Part shown: in pieces, positions 63,104 to 64,000 of the stretch
Numbering within the stretch: position 1 is the first letter of the stretch
Layout: every line of letters begins with the position of its first letter
Assembly: GCA_013815775.1 (NCBI GenBank)
Contig: JACDFN010000001.1
Span: forward strand, 45,883-109,882
Source: Candidatus Saccharimonadota bacterium
GTDB taxonomy: Bacteria; Patescibacteriota; Saccharimonadia; Saccharimonadales; UBA10212
DNA length: 64,000 bases
Direction: 5' to 3'
The notes under the pieces: model-generated
What the model was told of the DNA's origin: nothing
The model's database searches: none
The model's input: only the letters and a program-made list of their open reading frames with translations
Made by a program: the position numbers and the translations under genes

Positions 63104-64000
63104 ATGAATAGATGGCTTAATCGCGCTAATCAGCGTATCTCTTTGACCGGTGCAGCTGTTCTTCTTGTGGTAGCGACACTTTTCGGACAACTACTTGGTT
63201 TTATGCGTGTCCAGGTCATCAATGGTAACTTCAACAGCGTGGGCAACATAAACACTGATGCCTATTTTGCTGCTTTTAAAATCCCGGACTTCTTTTTTTA
63301 CTCAATTGCCGCCGGAGCGCTAGGTGTTGCCTTTATGCCATTTTTGGCTGACAAATTAGCTAGAGGAGATCGTAAGTCGGTCTGGAGCTTAACATCAAGC
63401 TTACTCAACTTACTCGGCATCATGATGGCAGTCGTCGGGGTCATTTTATTTGTTTTTGCCGAACCGCTCTTGAAATTAGTCGTAAGTGGCAATCTAGGAC
63501 CCGAACAGATGGATGAGGCGGTGACAATTATGCGTATAGTGGCTTTTAACCCCCTACTATTTACCATTTCGGGCATACTAACTAGCCTTCAGCAAACTTT
63601 CGGGCGGTTCTTTTTCTATGCATTGGCTCCGATTATTTATAACTGCAGCATAATTGCTAGCGTCTACATCTTTAAAGATAACATCGGTCTTGTCGGGCTT
63701 GGGTATGGTGCACTGGCAGGAGCTATTTTACAACTTTTGGTAGTACTTTTTGGCCTTACCGGAATGCGGTTCCGTTATACCCCTTCTATAACCTGGCAAA
63801 GTTTGGATTTCCGCAGAATGCTAAAACAGCTGCCTCCTCGTTCTGTCGACCAAGGCATCGACTCAATTAACAGTATTGTTGAGACTAATAGGGCTAGCAC
63901 TTTAGGAAGGGGTGCTATTACCTTTTATGAAAATGCCTACACCCTGCACTTAGTGCCTATTTTACTGCTTGGTAATACTATTGCTACGGCAGCATTCCCA
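63104..64000 (+). CDS. murJ: Lipid II flippase MurJ (MviN); C-terminal part cut off by the window edge
   Basis: My translation from the ATG at 63104 gives MNRWLNRANQRISLTGAAVLLVVATLFGQLLGFMRVQVI..YFAAFKIPDFFFYSIAAGALGVAFMPF, the MurJ N-terminal pattern. The frame stays open to the window end. Confidence 0.8.
   Translation, partial: MNRWLNRANQRISLTGAAVLLVVATLFGQLLGFMRVQVINGNFNSVGNINTDAYFAAFKIPDFFFYSIAAGALGVAFMPFLADKLARGDRKSVWSLTSSLLNLLGIMMAVVGVILFVFAEPLLKLVVSGNLGPEQMDEAVTIMRIVAFNPLLFTISGILTSLQQTFGRFFFYALAPIIYNCSIIASVYIFKDNIGLVGLGYGALAGAILQLLVVLFGLTGMRFRYTPSITWQSLDFRRMLKQLPPRSVDQGIDSINSIVETNRASTLGRGAITFYENAYTLHLVPILLLGNTIATAAFP

Noticed and set aside
1-64000. Alternative genetic code (UGA recoding, as in some CPR lineages).
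   Set aside because: Long, motif-complete ORFs are obtained with the standard bacterial code. TGA appears as a functional stop, for example in the ATGA overlaps at 9953-9956 and 56942-56945.

Overview
This 64-kb window looks like a reduced-genome bacterium of moderate GC. Gene content suggests a Patescibacteria/CPR organism, probably a Saccharibacteria-like epibiont; that placement is inference. The clues are an RRM RNA-binding protein, an archaeal-type AspRS, MgtE/CNNM transporters, a 23S-IVS four-helix-bundle protein, many Pro/Thr-rich membrane-anchored proteins and no biosynthetic operons.

Core content:
- 1-9.9 kb: a surface-glycan cluster (GDP-mannose/GDP-fucose genes, GT2, GT4, polyprenyl-phosphate sugar transferase, Wzy-like protein, GtrA).
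- Cell-wall genes: PBP1A, UppP, MurC, MurJ.
- Cation transporters: Kef-type CPA2, MgtE, CNNM.
- AspRS, TsaC, a MazG-like protein, an AlkA-like glycosylase and one tRNA-Asn(GTT).

Accessory content, which is where the interest lies:
1. A tightly coupled operon at 24.8-27.2 kb encodes a P-loop nucleotide-kinase-like protein, a MoaA-family radical-SAM enzyme and a CYTH protein. It converges on a Gre-factor-like gene. No molybdopterin genes are nearby. I propose it as a candidate nucleotide-modifying module, either viperin-like/antiviral or signalling.
2. Strongly GC-rich foreign blocks lie at about 16.1-17.9, 22.8-24.0 and 27.4-36.8 kb. By hand count they are about 60-63% G+C, against about 43-48% in sampled flanking lines. 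The largest carries a Gram-positive/actinobacterial-type type IV secretion or conjugation core: ParA-like, pilin-like, VirB8-like, VirB6-like, a split VirB4-like pair and an SLT+LAS cell-wall hydrolase. No relaxase, coupling protein or integrase is present in the window. The smallest carries a purine (NCS2) permease.
3. A conserved palindrome, core ACTTAACATGTTAAGT, recurs at least five times. A LexA-type DNA-binding-domain-only protein is encoded in the window.
4. A cobalamin-riboswitch-like leader with a terminator and SD-sequestering hairpin precedes an uncharacterised 498-aa zinc-ribbon protein.
5. tRNA-Asn is followed by two partial direct copies of its 3' end, which bracket small accessory genes.
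6. A secreted CHAP amidase is fused to two bulb-type (QxDxNxVxY) mannose-lectin domains.

All functional calls rest on motifs read by eye from the translations. No database search was run.
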